A DNA stretch of 51,023 bases from the IMG/VR virus record IMGVR_UViG_3300037510_000392, positions 1-51,023 of that record; one strand, written 5' to 3'. The notes beneath the pieces were generated by a model. It was not told the origin of the DNA and ran no database searches. It saw only the letters and a program-made list of their open reading frames with translations. This document shows, piece after piece, positions 9,886 to 20,099 of this stretch (positions are counted from its first letter, which is position 1; every line of letters begins with the position of its first letter). The position numbers and the translations under genes were made by a program. This stretch comes from a virus. Its lineage: Duplodnaviria; Caudoviricetes.

Positions 9886-9943
9886 GTGTCATGTCACGAG
9901 AGGTGCACGGTTCGCCGTGCCCGTGTGATCTGGAAGGAACCCA

Positions 9944-10195
9944 ATGGCTGACAGTGTATCGATTGCCATCATTCACGACACCGCCATCAACACCCTTGTG
10001 GAGATGGCGGCCCACATCAGCGCGACGCTTGAGATTGCGCCGCCCGCCATGCCCGACTTCAACAACGCCGCCTATCAACAGGCCATGCGTCTGGAGGTGC
10101 TGGCCCAATGGCTGACGACAGTCAACGATGCGCTCAAGACAGATCCATCACCGGAAGCCGAGGGAGGCGACCATGTCGAGCCTGCCAAAACGTAG
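9944..10195 (+). CDS. Hypothetical protein
   Basis: RBS gaagga; 83 aa ORF in the late operon. Confidence 0.6.
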   Translation: MADSVSIAIIHDTAINTLVEMAAHISATLEIAPPAMPDFNNAAYQQAMRLEVLAQWLTTVNDALKTDPSPEAEGGDHVEPAKT

Positions 10196-10943
10196 AATCC
10201 GTGATCTCGCAGTGGACAGTCTCACGATTGGTGAGACCGAAGTCGTCACCGCGCTGCTGCTGGCCAGCGGGCAAGCAGCAGACCTGAACGGCGAGGCCGA
10301 TGCGTTGATTCTGGACGCAGATGCCGACACCTCGATCAGTGCACCCACCGATGACGTCATCAATATCAAAATCGCAGGCGTAGAGGATTTTCGCATGTTG
10401 GCGAATATCTTCCGCGCTCTCAATGGCAGCGTCATTGAAACTGACACCATCCACGAAACAACAACCGCCAGCGGCGTGACTGTTGATGATGTGCTGCTCA
10501 AGGACGGTGGTGCGGTGTTTGCTGATGGGGCCACCATTGAGGTGGACACCGTTAATGAGGCCACCAGTGCCGCAGGGGTGACCGCAGACGGTGTGCTGCT
10601 GAAGGATGGAGCCAGCTATGGCACACGGGCTGTGCAAGCTCTCACCGCAAGTGGGGCCATCACAGTCGCGAAACACGGCCTCGTCACCCTGGCACACGCC
10701 ACGGTGGTGATTGCGGCGACATTGGCCGCACCCACTGCTGGCTACGACCTCGTGATTGCCAACGCCAGCGCCAGTGGAACCGCGGCCCATAAAGTCACAC
10801 TGCCTGCCGGAGTCACATGGGATGGCACAAACAACACCGCCACCTTAGACGCCCCTGGCGAAGCCCTGCACGTTGTGGCTCTCAGTGCGACACGATGGTT
10901 GATTCTCGACAACATCGGCAGTGTTGGACTCAGCACCGTCTAA
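10173..10943 (+). CDS. Virion surface (head fibre/decoration-like) protein with internal repeat
   Basis: RBS ggagg; duplicated IExDTxxExTxAxGVTxDxVLLKDG unit; beta-rich. Confidence 0.6.
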   Translation: MSSLPKRRIRDLAVDSLTIGETEVVTALLLASGQAADLNGEADALILDADADTSISAPTDDVINIKIAGVEDFRMLANIFRALNGSVIETDTIHETTTASGVTVDDVLLKDGGAVFADGATIEVDTVNEATSAAGVTADGVLLKDGASYGTRAVQALTASGAITVAKHGLVTLAHATVVIAATLAAPTAGYDLVIANASASGTAAHKVTLPAGVTWDGTNNTATLDAPGEALHVVALSATRWLILDNIGSVGLSTV

Positions 10944-10956
10944 CCTGGAGGACCGT

Positions 10957-11496
10957 ATGAAACGCCGATCTGCTTATGCCAACATGACCGCCAGTGACCT
11001 CGCCCGCGTCACCCGTGAGCGAGGCCTGGAGAAACCGCCTGTTCACTCGCTCAGCGAGTGGGAGGATTGGCTCGAAGCCCAGGATGCCAAGCGCCGCGCG
11101 CAGGCCCCTGAATTTGCGACGGTCGACGCCATCGACACGATCTCTGTGCCGGCAGACACCGTCGCAAATCTGGTGACGCTGGTGTCTGCCCTGGCGCAGC
11201 GCGCACACATCGACATGGACACGCCGACACCGGACGGTGATGAGAGCTTGGATCTGGTCTCGCGCCTCGAGCGTCGTCTGGCGCTCGCGTTGCCAGAGAT
11301 CCCCTTGCTGTCCACGCCTGCCAATGATGCGGGCGATCCAAGCATCGAGGGCGATGCGGGCCGTGATGAGGCGGATGCCGATCCGAACGCAGTCCTCCCG
11401 ATGTCGGGTGATGAGTACATCGTGACCAACACGTCATCCGTAGAGGCACTGACATCCATCCGAAAGCGGCCCACGCCGCCCAAGGCAAAGGCGTAG
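10957..11496 (+). CDS. Hypothetical protein
   Basis: RBS ggagga; ORF in late operon. Confidence 0.6.
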   Translation: MKRRSAYANMTASDLARVTRERGLEKPPVHSLSEWEDWLEAQDAKRRAQAPEFATVDAIDTISVPADTVANLVTLVSALAQRAHIDMDTPTPDGDESLDLVSRLERRLALALPEIPLLSTPANDAGDPSIEGDAGRDEADADPNAVLPMSGDEYIVTNTSSVEALTSIRKRPTPPKAKA

Positions 11497-11499
11497 TCT

Positions 11500-11892
11500 A
11501 TGGCTGACCTGACTGCCGACCAGATCGAGTACATCCGCGCGATGAGCGGCGATGACACGCTCACGTATGAGGTGAGCGATCTGCTGCTGCCAAAGTTGTA
11601 CGATCGCGCTGTGCTGGTGCCCTCTGTTGTCTCGGGCCGGGTGTCTGCGGACGATGTCACGGTGGTTCTGGTGCTTCAGGCGCGTGTGGCCAAGGCGGCC
11701 CGTCTTGTGAACGAGATCAACGAGGCTCAGGTTCAAAAATCCCTGAGCCAGAAGTTTGATCACCTTCAGGCCACACTTGAGGCCTGGGAACGACGCACAG
11801 GCATGAGCGGTGGTGTGATCACAGTTGGTCGATTCAGTCTCGGACTGGATGCTGATTGTGACACGCTCAACGAATGGGGGTATCCCCAATGA
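11500..11892 (+). CDS. Head-tail adaptor (putative)
   Basis: Size and position; N-terminal IRAMSGD and SLSQKFDHL motifs. Confidence 0.55.
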   Translation: MADLTADQIEYIRAMSGDDTLTYEVSDLLLPKLYDRAVLVPSVVSGRVSADDVTVVLVLQARVAKAARLVNEINEAQVQKSLSQKFDHLQATLEAWERRTGMSGGVITVGRFSLGLDADCDTLNEWGYPQ

Positions 11893-12362
11893 TTCGTCAG
11901 CGCTGGGATGTCGACGTGAGCGGGACGCAGGATCTGATCTCTCTGGCCAATCGCTATGAGGACCTGGTGATGCAATCTGCGGCCGAGGCCTTTGGAGGCA
12001 CACAAGACGATCTGCTGGATGAGTTGCAATACTATCCGCCGCCGCCCTCCGGCAGCACGTACATTCGCACCTTTAAGCTGCGCGGTGGCTGGCGGTTGGG
12101 CCTGCGTCGCACAGACAGAGGCATCGAGATTGTGATCGAGAATGATGTGCCCTATGCCGCCCTCGTGGTGGGATCGCTGGCCAAGGCCATTGCCGCGGCA
12201 CGGGCCTTTCAGGCGCGTGTGCATCAAGGTCGCTGGCCGCTGGCCACAGAGACGGTGAGCTTCTGGTACGAAATCCTGATCGAGACGTTCGAGGAGATCC
12301 TGGGAGAAAAGGTGCAGCTCATCATCACCGCGCAATCGAGTCGCAGGGCGTTCACACGATGA
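11889..12362 (+). CDS. Tail completion protein (HK97 gp10-like)
   Basis: YIRTFKLRGGW...IENDVPYAALV motif. Confidence 0.6.
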   Translation: MIRQRWDVDVSGTQDLISLANRYEDLVMQSAAEAFGGTQDDLLDELQYYPPPPSGSTYIRTFKLRGGWRLGLRRTDRGIEIVIENDVPYAALVVGSLAKAIAAARAFQARVHQGRWPLATETVSFWYEILIETFEEILGEKVQLIITAQSSRRAFTR

Positions 12363-12844
12363 CCGACATCAAGACCATCAAAGAGCGGATTGGCGCGCTG
12401 TGCGAAACCATCACCACACTGCCCGCCCCCTTTGGCTCACCCACGGCCGCCTATTCGGACGATGACAGCTCATTCGCTGAGACGTCACTGCCGATTGCGC
12501 TTGTGCGTGATGGTCACGGCATCGCCTACAGCCAACAGACAGAGCGCTCGTACCTGTCAACACGTGAGATGACGGTGGCGTTTTATTTCAGCCGCATCCC
12601 CGATGAGAGCTACACCACTGATGATGCGGCCTGGGCACTGGCGGAGAGCTGTACGGAACCGCTCGTGGACTTCTTTATGGGCTATCCGAATCTGAATGGC
12701 CTTGTGCGCGAGTGCAAGGTGAGCACCGACAGCGGTACGAGAACGCTGATGACGCGCCACAACAACAGCGATTTCATGAAGTGGCGCGGCGTGGTTGTGC
12801 GACTGCGCATCTCGTACACCCGCTCTTATACGATGCGTGAGTAG
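12359..12844 (+). CDS. Tail terminator (putative)
   Basis: 161 aa immediately upstream of the major tail gene. Confidence 0.5.
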   Translation: MTDIKTIKERIGALCETITTLPAPFGSPTAAYSDDDSSFAETSLPIALVRDGHGIAYSQQTERSYLSTREMTVAFYFSRIPDESYTTDDAAWALAESCTEPLVDFFMGYPNLNGLVRECKVSTDSGTRTLMTRHNNSDFMKWRGVVVRLRISYTRSYTMRE

Positions 12845-12856
12845 AGGACAAACAGG

Positions 12857-13735
12857 ATGCAACCAGGAAAGATCTGGCAGGCCGGGGCGCGTCGGCTTCA
12901 ATTCGCGCATCGCAACACAGACGGGTTTCCCGTTGGCACCGCCGACCCAGACACACCGCCCGCCAACACCGCCTTGAACAGCTATGTCATTGAGGGCTTG
13001 CGGGAGTTCATCCCACACAAGCGTGAGGTGGCTGTCGCCACCAACCGCGGCGATGATGTCATCAAGGGTCAGATGTATATGGGGGTCAAATCCTATGGCG
13101 ATGGATCGTTTGAGCTGGGCATTGAAGATGAGACGTTTGAGGCTCTGCTGAACCGCTCGTCGCTGGACACCAGTCTCGCCACAGGCATGGTCATCCGCGC
13201 GGGCAACGATGCGCAGGCCGAGCCGCGGCCCGCCTTCCTGATGGCCACCACCCGTGTGCAGAATATCGAGGATGGCGGCTTCTACTACAAGACCTGGATC
13301 TACCAGAACGCTCAGACCGTCCAGGATACACCCGCCCCCTTCAATCTCAAGGATGGGGAAAACCCCTCTCCGCTGAAGTACAAGTTTGTGCCCTCGCTCT
13401 CCAAGCGCATGATCACAGGTCATCTGTTTGCCGACACCGATCTGGAGGTGCTGGAGGCGAATGACACCTACATCGTCATCCGCTCCAGTCACCCGCTGGC
13501 GGTCACCACATGGATCGCAGATGGCGTGACGGGTCACAAGTCCTTCACACTGCCCTATCTGCCGTTGTACTCGGACGCGACAGGAGCCGCGAACAACATC
13601 ATCACGCTCAATGGTGACACGACTGCCGCCGTGAGTGTCAGCACAACCACAGGCCTCGTGACGCTCTCAGATGAGGGCGATGAGGGTGACATCGTGGTGG
13701 TGCTCTATCAAACCGATTTCACACCGAGCGCCTGA
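12857..13735 (+). CDS. Major tail (tube) protein
   Basis: 292 aa, beta-rich, upstream of chaperones and tape measure. Confidence 0.65.
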   Translation: MQPGKIWQAGARRLQFAHRNTDGFPVGTADPDTPPANTALNSYVIEGLREFIPHKREVAVATNRGDDVIKGQMYMGVKSYGDGSFELGIEDETFEALLNRSSLDTSLATGMVIRAGNDAQAEPRPAFLMATTRVQNIEDGGFYYKTWIYQNAQTVQDTPAPFNLKDGENPSPLKYKFVPSLSKRMITGHLFADTDLEVLEANDTYIVIRSSHPLAVTTWIADGVTGHKSFTLPYLPLYSDATGAANNIITLNGDTTAAVSVSTTTGLVTLSDEGDEGDIVVVLYQTDFTPSA

Positions 13736-13737
13736 TC

Positions 13738-14253
13738 ATGGATCTCTTGAAGCTAACGCGCGCCTACACGACTGAGGACGGGGTCACCCTCCACATGCTG
13801 CCCTATGACACCCATCTGGACGGACGTGTAGGGAAACAGATGAGAGCCGCCATGAGCGCAGTAAAAGATGAAGGCCAACCCCTCATGACTGAGGAAGAGG
13901 CCACCTACACGCTGTGTCTGGCTCTGACGATACAGGTGGATCTGCCCCCCGACCCGCCTGTATGGGCAATCATTCTGAAGGACTTCCTGAGTGATCGCTC
14001 GTGTCTTCAAGACCCTGTCAAAGGGTGGTACCGATTGGAGGCCATTGCTCCCACAGAGCTGTACACTCACTGGTGGCAGGCTCAGAAGAGCACGCGCCCT
14101 GTTGAGCTGATGGCTGTTCCAGAGCTGCAAGGCACACCGCCTGCCGCTGTAGGCGCACCGCAGGCCACACGGGGAGTCACATCGAATGGGGCACAGGGTG
14201 AAGAGACCTTGGACCCTACGCTCGCTGGTGGCGTGTTGTCCAGCGCGACGTGA
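13738..14253 (+). CDS. Tail assembly chaperone (G-like)
   Basis: Position between tail tube and tape measure; ends ...LDPT... Confidence 0.6.
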   Translation: MDLLKLTRAYTTEDGVTLHMLPYDTHLDGRVGKQMRAAMSAVKDEGQPLMTEEEATYTLCLALTIQVDLPPDPPVWAIILKDFLSDRSCLQDPVKGWYRLEAIAPTELYTHWWQAQKSTRPVELMAVPELQGTPPAAVGAPQATRGVTSNGAQGEETLDPTLAGGVLSSAT

Positions 14254-14498
14254 TTCCTGCCGCGCGCGACGCTGCACGGGTGATCAAGACGCGGCGCAGA
14301 ACCGAGGAGCTGCCACTCAACTTTCATCTGTTTTATGCACCGGATTTGCTCGTGTCGCCGTTTATCGCGTGGGCCAATGCGGGATACACGGAGACCGAAA
14401 CGGATGTTGAGGCGGTGGCATGGAGCAATCAAACCCTGCGCAATGACCTGAACATGTTTCTGATTGCTGTCGATTACGTAGCCACCAACGGAGGGTAA
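14202..14498 (+). CDS. Tail assembly chaperone, second frame (T-like), probably reached by -1 frameshift
   Basis: -1 frame open from 14202, overlapping GGACCCT at 14211..14217. Confidence 0.5.
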   Translation, partial: RDLGPYARWWRVVQRDVIPAARDAARVIKTRRRTEELPLNFHLFYAPDLLVSPFIAWANAGYTETETDVEAVAWSNQTLRNDLNMFLIAVDYVATNGG

Positions 14499-14503
14499 AC
14501 CAC

Positions 14504-16840
14504 ATGAGCGATGTTGTCACCCGCGTTGGTTTTGAGGTTGATCAGGCCGCCGTTGGTGAGGTCAAAACCGCCGCGGCCACTGTCTCAGCTGAACTCAACA
14601 GAGTGGGTCGCCGCGATGCCTTCAAAGACCTAGGTGTTGAGTTCGCAAAGGCCTCACGCGAGGTTGAAAACACCGGAGAGGCTGTGACAGCCTTTCTGGC
14701 GCGACTTGATGAGCTAAAGGCCTCCGATGCTGAAATCAAGGCCGCGACACAGGCGTTTCTTGAAGAAGGCAAGGCCATTGATAAGGCAGCGGAGGCGGCC
14801 GAAAAGAAAGAGGCCGCCATTGCCAAGGCCTTTGAAAAAGAACTGGCCGCCATACAGCGAGTAGAGGAGGCAGCAGCAAGGAAGGCCGCACGAGACTTAG
14901 AGCGCGCTGAGATTGCTGCACACGCCGAAAATGACGCTCGCAACGCCGCCGCCGTGGCGAGCAGCAGTGACAGCGGTGATAGCAGCAGTGGCCCTGGCGC
15001 GCTCTCTACGTTCGGCCGAAATTTAAGGAATCTTCCCTCTGTACAGATCCCTGGTCTGGGTATTTCAACCGATGCTATTGGGAATCTTGCGCGCGTAGCA
15101 GGTGCCTTTCAAGACACAGGCAAGACGGTCACCGAAAGCCTCAAATCGGCAGGGCTTGCCATTGGCTTCTTAAAGGAGGCCACGGACGCGGCAAAGGCGG
15201 CGGAGGCAGCTAAAACCGCCGTCGAAGTTGCAGGCACAACCACAACCACAGCGGCGGCGGCGGCAGAGACCGCTGAAACAGCAACTAAGGGTGGGTTGGT
15301 GATTGCCACCACAGGAGCGGCCCTCAGCGCTGGCGCGCTGGCCGTAGCCCTCCTTCCGATTGCTGCTATTGGGATCGCTGTGGCGGGCGGTGTGGCACTT
15401 GTTGGCGCAGCCCTCAATGACCTCAACAAAAAATCACAGGAGGCAGCCAACGCCCTCAAACAGCGCTACGAAGCAGAAGACAAGGTTGATGAGCTTGTTC
15501 GAAGCGGCGCAACCGTTGAGGATGCCTACGCGCGGCGTGCTGAATTGGAAAGAGAGGTTGCAGACGCGACCCAGCGCAGCAACGAGGCGCAAGCCGAAAA
15601 AGAGGCCACCTTTGCGGCGGATGCGAAGGCCAGCGGTGACGCAGCGGCGCGACTGCGTGGCAACAATGCGGTGTACAAAGAGTTTGACGAGCGGATCGCC
15701 AGCACCAAACAGAGCGCGTCTGACGCCAGCGCAGAGTTGGCTGAACTCAACAAGCAGATTGATGGCGGGGCATTTGCGGCGGCCACCGCCAAGGAGAAGG
15801 CCGAGCAAGCCGCCAAAGACAAAGAAAAGGCCGATGAAGAAGCGGCACGCGCTCAGGAACAGGCGCAACGTCAGGCCGAGGCCGCTGCCGCCAAGGAACA
15901 GCAGGCTCGTGAGCAGGCCGCCGCCAAGGAGCAGCAAGCTCAGGAGAAGGCGGCACGCGAGGCTGAGGCGCAGGCCGAGAAGGTCCGTCAGGCCCAGGAT
16001 CAGATTGCCAAATCCAACGACAATTACGCCAACAAGCTGACGGATCTGGCCACCACCGCCAGCCAGCGCGTCAGCGACATTGAACAGGAGGCGCGCGACA
16101 AGTCTGAAGACGACCTCCTCAAATACAATGACGATCTGGCCACCATCGCCCTCAAAGCCCGCCGTGATGAGGCCGAGGAGCAGCGGAAGGATGCTGATGA
16201 CGAGATTGCCGCCACCATCAAGCAGGGGGAGGCACTGGAAGACATTCGCGATGAGGTCGACCGGAATGCCCGCAAATCTCTTGAGGATCGCAATTTCCTC
16301 GCCGCGACCCAGGCTGAGGAGTCGGGCCAGGAGTCACTCGACAAGGTTGCCACGGCGGCAAAGCGCGAGGCCGCGGAACGGGATCGCGCCAATCAGACGG
16401 AGGCCCGTGAGCGTCTGCTGAAACTGGATGAGGCACGCCAGGATCGCCTTGCCGCCTATGAGATTGAAATTCGCGACGCCGACCGCGCCGCACAGCGCAA
16501 GCTCAGAAATGAGGAGACCAACGAGCAGCGTCAGGAGGCGCAGGCATTGGTGGCCTTTCAGCGTGAGCAGAAGCAGTACACGGATCATCTCAACGCGCTG
16601 GTGGGCATTCGCTCTGCGGGCTACGCCGCCGAACTGGCCGCGGCTCAAGGGCAGGCCCCGGACACATCGGGTATTCGTGGTGCAGGTCAGTCCACCACCA
16701 CCACACAAACCACCATTTACGACCATCGTTCATTTACAGGCTTTAGTGGATCAGTGGGAGGGCTGTTGACTGTTGAGGCCCTGAGCCAGATACGACGTGA
16801 GCAGCTGCGCACCATGCAGCAGTTGGGGTACGGCCAATGA
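14504..16840 (+). CDS. Tape measure protein
   Basis: 778 aa Ala/Glu/Gln-rich helical protein with a hydrophobic segment; canonical position. Confidence 0.8.
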   Translation: MSDVVTRVGFEVDQAAVGEVKTAAATVSAELNRVGRRDAFKDLGVEFAKASREVENTGEAVTAFLARLDELKASDAEIKAATQAFLEEGKAIDKAAEAAEKKEAAIAKAFEKELAAIQRVEEAAARKAARDLERAEIAAHAENDARNAAAVASSSDSGDSSSGPGALSTFGRNLRNLPSVQIPGLGISTDAIGNLARVAGAFQDTGKTVTESLKSAGLAIGFLKEATDAAKAAEAAKTAVEVAGTTTTTAAAAAETAETATKGGLVIATTGAALSAGALAVALLPIAAIGIAVAGGVALVGAALNDLNKKSQEAANALKQRYEAEDKVDELVRSGATVEDAYARRAELEREVADATQRSNEAQAEKEATFAADAKASGDAAARLRGNNAVYKEFDERIASTKQSASDASAELAELNKQIDGGAFAAATAKEKAEQAAKDKEKADEEAARAQEQAQRQAEAAAAKEQQAREQAAAKEQQAQEKAAREAEAQAEKVRQAQDQIAKSNDNYANKLTDLATTASQRVSDIEQEARDKSEDDLLKYNDDLATIALKARRDEAEEQRKDADDEIAATIKQGEALEDIRDEVDRNARKSLEDRNFLAATQAEESGQESLDKVATAAKREAAERDRANQTEARERLLKLDEARQDRLAAYEIEIRDADRAAQRKLRNEETNEQRQEAQALVAFQREQKQYTDHLNALVGIRSAGYAAELAAAQGQAPDTSGIRGAGQSTTTTQTTIYDHRSFTGFSGSVGGLLTVEALSQIRREQLRTMQQLGYGQ

Positions 16841-17244
16841 GCAACGAATACGCCCTCGCCCCCACGCACAACAATGTGGACAACCTGGACCCAATTGATG
16901 ACATTCGCGTCTCCGGGCGGCCGCTCAAATCCAGCGTGCAGGGCCTCGGTGATTTTATTCCAGGGCTGGACCGTCAGACGCTGGACAGCCTCCATGAGGA
17001 CATGGGCACCGCGTCATGGAAGTGGATCTCAGCCACCATGACGCCTGCTGAGTTGAAGTATCTCATGGACACCTATCTGAATGGCCAGCGATCGGGTCGG
17101 GTCACCGTGTGCACACGGAAAAACACAGGGGTCTATGCCAACTTCAATGCAGGGCTGACCTTCCCGCAGACCCTGCGCAACGTCCTGGGCTATTACGAGG
17201 ATGTGGAGTGGGTGTTTGAAGGCGGCGAGGAGCTGGTTGAGTGA
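16837..17244 (+). CDS. Distal tail protein (putative)
   Basis: 135 aa directly after TMP, ATGA overlap. Confidence 0.5.
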   Translation: MSNEYALAPTHNNVDNLDPIDDIRVSGRPLKSSVQGLGDFIPGLDRQTLDSLHEDMGTASWKWISATMTPAELKYLMDTYLNGQRSGRVTVCTRKNTGVYANFNAGLTFPQTLRNVLGYYEDVEWVFEGGEELVE

Positions 17245-20093
17245 ATCCTGTTCTTGATGCCACCACCCTTGGGTGGACACGCAGCCCACGCTACTGGTCG
17301 AAGGACTATCTCTTTCCGTGTCCCTGCACACCTGTGTTTCGCGCCAAAGTCGCCTCTGTGCCCACCGCGGGTCAGACCTATCTTGAGATCGCCTACAACA
17401 CGGTCAGTCTTGGATCGCACACATTGATTCAGGTTGGCCAGACGCTGATCATCAGCCCAACAGCAGATCACACGGACTATCTCTATATTGGGCGCGTGGC
17501 GGACGCGGCGACGGCCTCTGTCATTCCGATCAATGAATCAGCGTATCCGCTGTCAACATCGTTCTATGTCACCGTTCTCGATGAGTATCGTGAGTTTCAG
17601 GCCGTCCGGGCAGGCGACCTGATCGATGGACGCACGTCGTACCAGAACGTCCCCCCCGCCATCAAAAACCTGCGCAGCGCCTATGTCCTGTGGTCCACAG
17701 CCAGCACCGCGACGTTAAGCCTGTCGCCTGTCGCGGTCGCGATGGCGCACGGGGCCACGATTGATCCAGACACCGCTTATCACTGGGTCTTTCCTGACAC
17801 AGTGACCTACGCCGATGGTGATGAAGACACCCGCGAAATCGAGATTGAGGTGCCGCAGGGTCACGTGTGGGGCCGCCTTGAAGTGGTTGACTCCCTGGAC
17901 ACCCCTCATTGGATGGTGTTTGAGATTTTTGTCGACAACCCCAATGCGCCCGCCCTGGCGCTGACCAACGCTGATCGACTGTCTCTGACGCGCAATCTGA
18001 CCGGGCACCACTGCACCTTCACGGCCTACAAAAACGTCAAAACCTCAGACCTCATTGATGGCCAACGCATGACCGTTGTCCGATGGATGCGCTACAGCAA
18101 CGGCGACCCGAACCTCGATCCCGTTGCGTTTGTGGGCTATCTGGCGAAGGAAACCAACGAGACGCGCGGGCCAAACGACAAAAGTGTGTCGTTTGATCTC
18201 GCAGGTCTGTGGGAACGCGCGGGCCAGCTGGCGTTTAATGCCATTGCCATTCGTCATAGGATCTCGCCGTCTGCCTGGGATGAAATGGCCTATCCCACCA
18301 TTCAGCGCAGTGTCTGGCATATCCTCAGCCGCTACAGCGTGGTCCCGCATCTGGCGGCGTTTGACTTCGATGTGACAGACAACACATGGTTCGGTGGCGA
18401 CCGCAACGTCTCATCCAACACCCTCGGTGATGCCTGTGCGCAGGCCATGAGCGAGATTTGCGCGGCACTCGTGGGCAACCCATCAGGCGAGATGATCTTC
18501 CGGCGCTGGGCCTTCTTTCTCACGGCCGAAGAGAAAAATGCTCTGGATGAGGTGGCCACGCTCAACGGGGCCTCTGACATGCGCGATTTGAATTTTGCAC
18601 GCTCACACGATGAGCCTGTGGGTCGCGTGGTGATTGGATTCGCAGGCTACTACACAGACGGCAGCGCCCCCAAGATAGGCCGCGCCAAAGCCCCCACGGT
18701 GACGCTGGGTGTCTCGCCAGAGGTACGTGAGTTCAACAACCAGTTGATGCGAGCAGATCAATCCGAGGCCGACCTGCTGACCGAGGCCGCCGACCGTGCT
18801 GCAGCACAGTTGGGGGTGGCCAACATCCCCTACACCCTCACGGGAACTGTGAAAGATGGCTTTGCCTGGATGACACCCAGCGTCTTTCAGTGGCTGCCTG
18901 TGATCCTGGCCACAGGCCTCACCGCGCGCGGACGCACCATGAGCAGCGTCCGTCACCTGCTGGTGGGTGTGACGATTGACTATGACACGCGCTTTAACAC
19001 CCACACCAACAAATTTGAACTCATGCCGGAACCCGGCTCCCAATCGGCGATGGTCTGGGCCAACCTGACCCCCGCCGCGCAGCCGCTGACCGAAATTATC
19101 ACCCCGCTGCAATCGGCCTACCCAGGCCTGCGTCAGCCCTCATCGCTCAACGCCCCTGACACGACCACGCGCCGCCGCTTCAGTCGTCAGAGCATGGGCG
19201 GCATGGGGTTACCCTATCCCGCAGACCAGAGCGGGGAAGACGCTCAACGCACGCCGCCGAATGGCAGTCGTCAGTTCGATATTGGCTTCTGGGTGTCGGA
19301 TGCCGTGAACGCTGGATTTACGAGTGTCTCCGATGAGGACTATGACTTTATCGTTGAGGGCAGCGCCCAACTGACCGCTGACAGCTGGTTGTATGCCGAC
19401 ATCTACAGCGGCGGGAATGCTGGATTCGCCCAGGTCTACAGCGGCAGCGGGGTTGGGGCGCAGTCCGTCCTGACGGGTGATGGTTATGCGGCTGATTCTG
19501 GCAATCAGTCCCGAATCACGATCTGGTACGATCTGGGCATGCCCGTGGCCATCGCCTCCCTGCGCGTGCTGCGCACTGACCCGATGACTGCGGGGGACAC
19601 CAACCAGCAGAAGGTGAATGCGCTCAACAGCAGTGACGTGTTTATCGAGCCACCCCTCGCCACTGGCAGCAGCGCGCTCACGGACCAGACCTTCGCGCTG
19701 AACACCACCACCGACAAACTCGGCATCGATGTGGTGGGCGACTTTGACGCCGATGGGGAACCTGTCCCCGGTGCCATTTACAAAGTCGTTTTTGGAGGCA
19801 CAGGCGCGAATCCTTTTGGAGTGACGGGTGAGGTTCTCTATGGCGACATGGCCTATGTCTGGAATCAGGATGCCAACGGCAATCCCATCAACATCCGACT
19901 CAATCCCGACATCGGCCTGAAGATCGACAATGCCGCCATCACCCCGCCCCTCTTCAGCAAAACCCATCGCTACGCCTTCAAAAAGGTCGGAACAGGCAGC
20001 CAGTTTAGCCTGGTGTTTTACTCGAGCAATTACACACCCATTCAGCGCGTGCCCTTGTCAGTGACCATATCCGGTCCCAATGCAGGAACTTAA
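17241..20093 (+). CDS. Tail tip/hub protein
   Basis: 950 aa beta-rich protein following the Dit position. Confidence 0.6.
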   Translation: MNPVLDATTLGWTRSPRYWSKDYLFPCPCTPVFRAKVASVPTAGQTYLEIAYNTVSLGSHTLIQVGQTLIISPTADHTDYLYIGRVADAATASVIPINESAYPLSTSFYVTVLDEYREFQAVRAGDLIDGRTSYQNVPPAIKNLRSAYVLWSTASTATLSLSPVAVAMAHGATIDPDTAYHWVFPDTVTYADGDEDTREIEIEVPQGHVWGRLEVVDSLDTPHWMVFEIFVDNPNAPALALTNADRLSLTRNLTGHHCTFTAYKNVKTSDLIDGQRMTVVRWMRYSNGDPNLDPVAFVGYLAKETNETRGPNDKSVSFDLAGLWERAGQLAFNAIAIRHRISPSAWDEMAYPTIQRSVWHILSRYSVVPHLAAFDFDVTDNTWFGGDRNVSSNTLGDACAQAMSEICAALVGNPSGEMIFRRWAFFLTAEEKNALDEVATLNGASDMRDLNFARSHDEPVGRVVIGFAGYYTDGSAPKIGRAKAPTVTLGVSPEVREFNNQLMRADQSEADLLTEAADRAAAQLGVANIPYTLTGTVKDGFAWMTPSVFQWLPVILATGLTARGRTMSSVRHLLVGVTIDYDTRFNTHTNKFELMPEPGSQSAMVWANLTPAAQPLTEIITPLQSAYPGLRQPSSLNAPDTTTRRRFSRQSMGGMGLPYPADQSGEDAQRTPPNGSRQFDIGFWVSDAVNAGFTSVSDEDYDFIVEGSAQLTADSWLYADIYSGGNAGFAQVYSGSGVGAQSVLTGDGYAADSGNQSRITIWYDLGMPVAIASLRVLRTDPMTAGDTNQQKVNALNSSDVFIEPPLATGSSALTDQTFALNTTTDKLGIDVVGDFDADGEPVPGAIYKVVFGGTGANPFGVTGEVLYGDMAYVWNQDANGNPINIRLNPDIGLKIDNAAITPPLFSKTHRYAFKKVGTGSQFSLVFYSSNYTPIQRVPLSVTISGPNAGT

Positions 20094-20099
20094 GTCGCT

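Noticed and set aside
12557-13537. 326-aa minus-strand ORF and similar long antisense ORFs (38873..39799, 40936..41970, 42844..43737)
   Set aside because: GC-rich antisense shadows of well-supported genes
15780-15990. Tandem DNA repeats in the tape measure gene
   Set aside because: Explained by AAAKEQQA protein repeats
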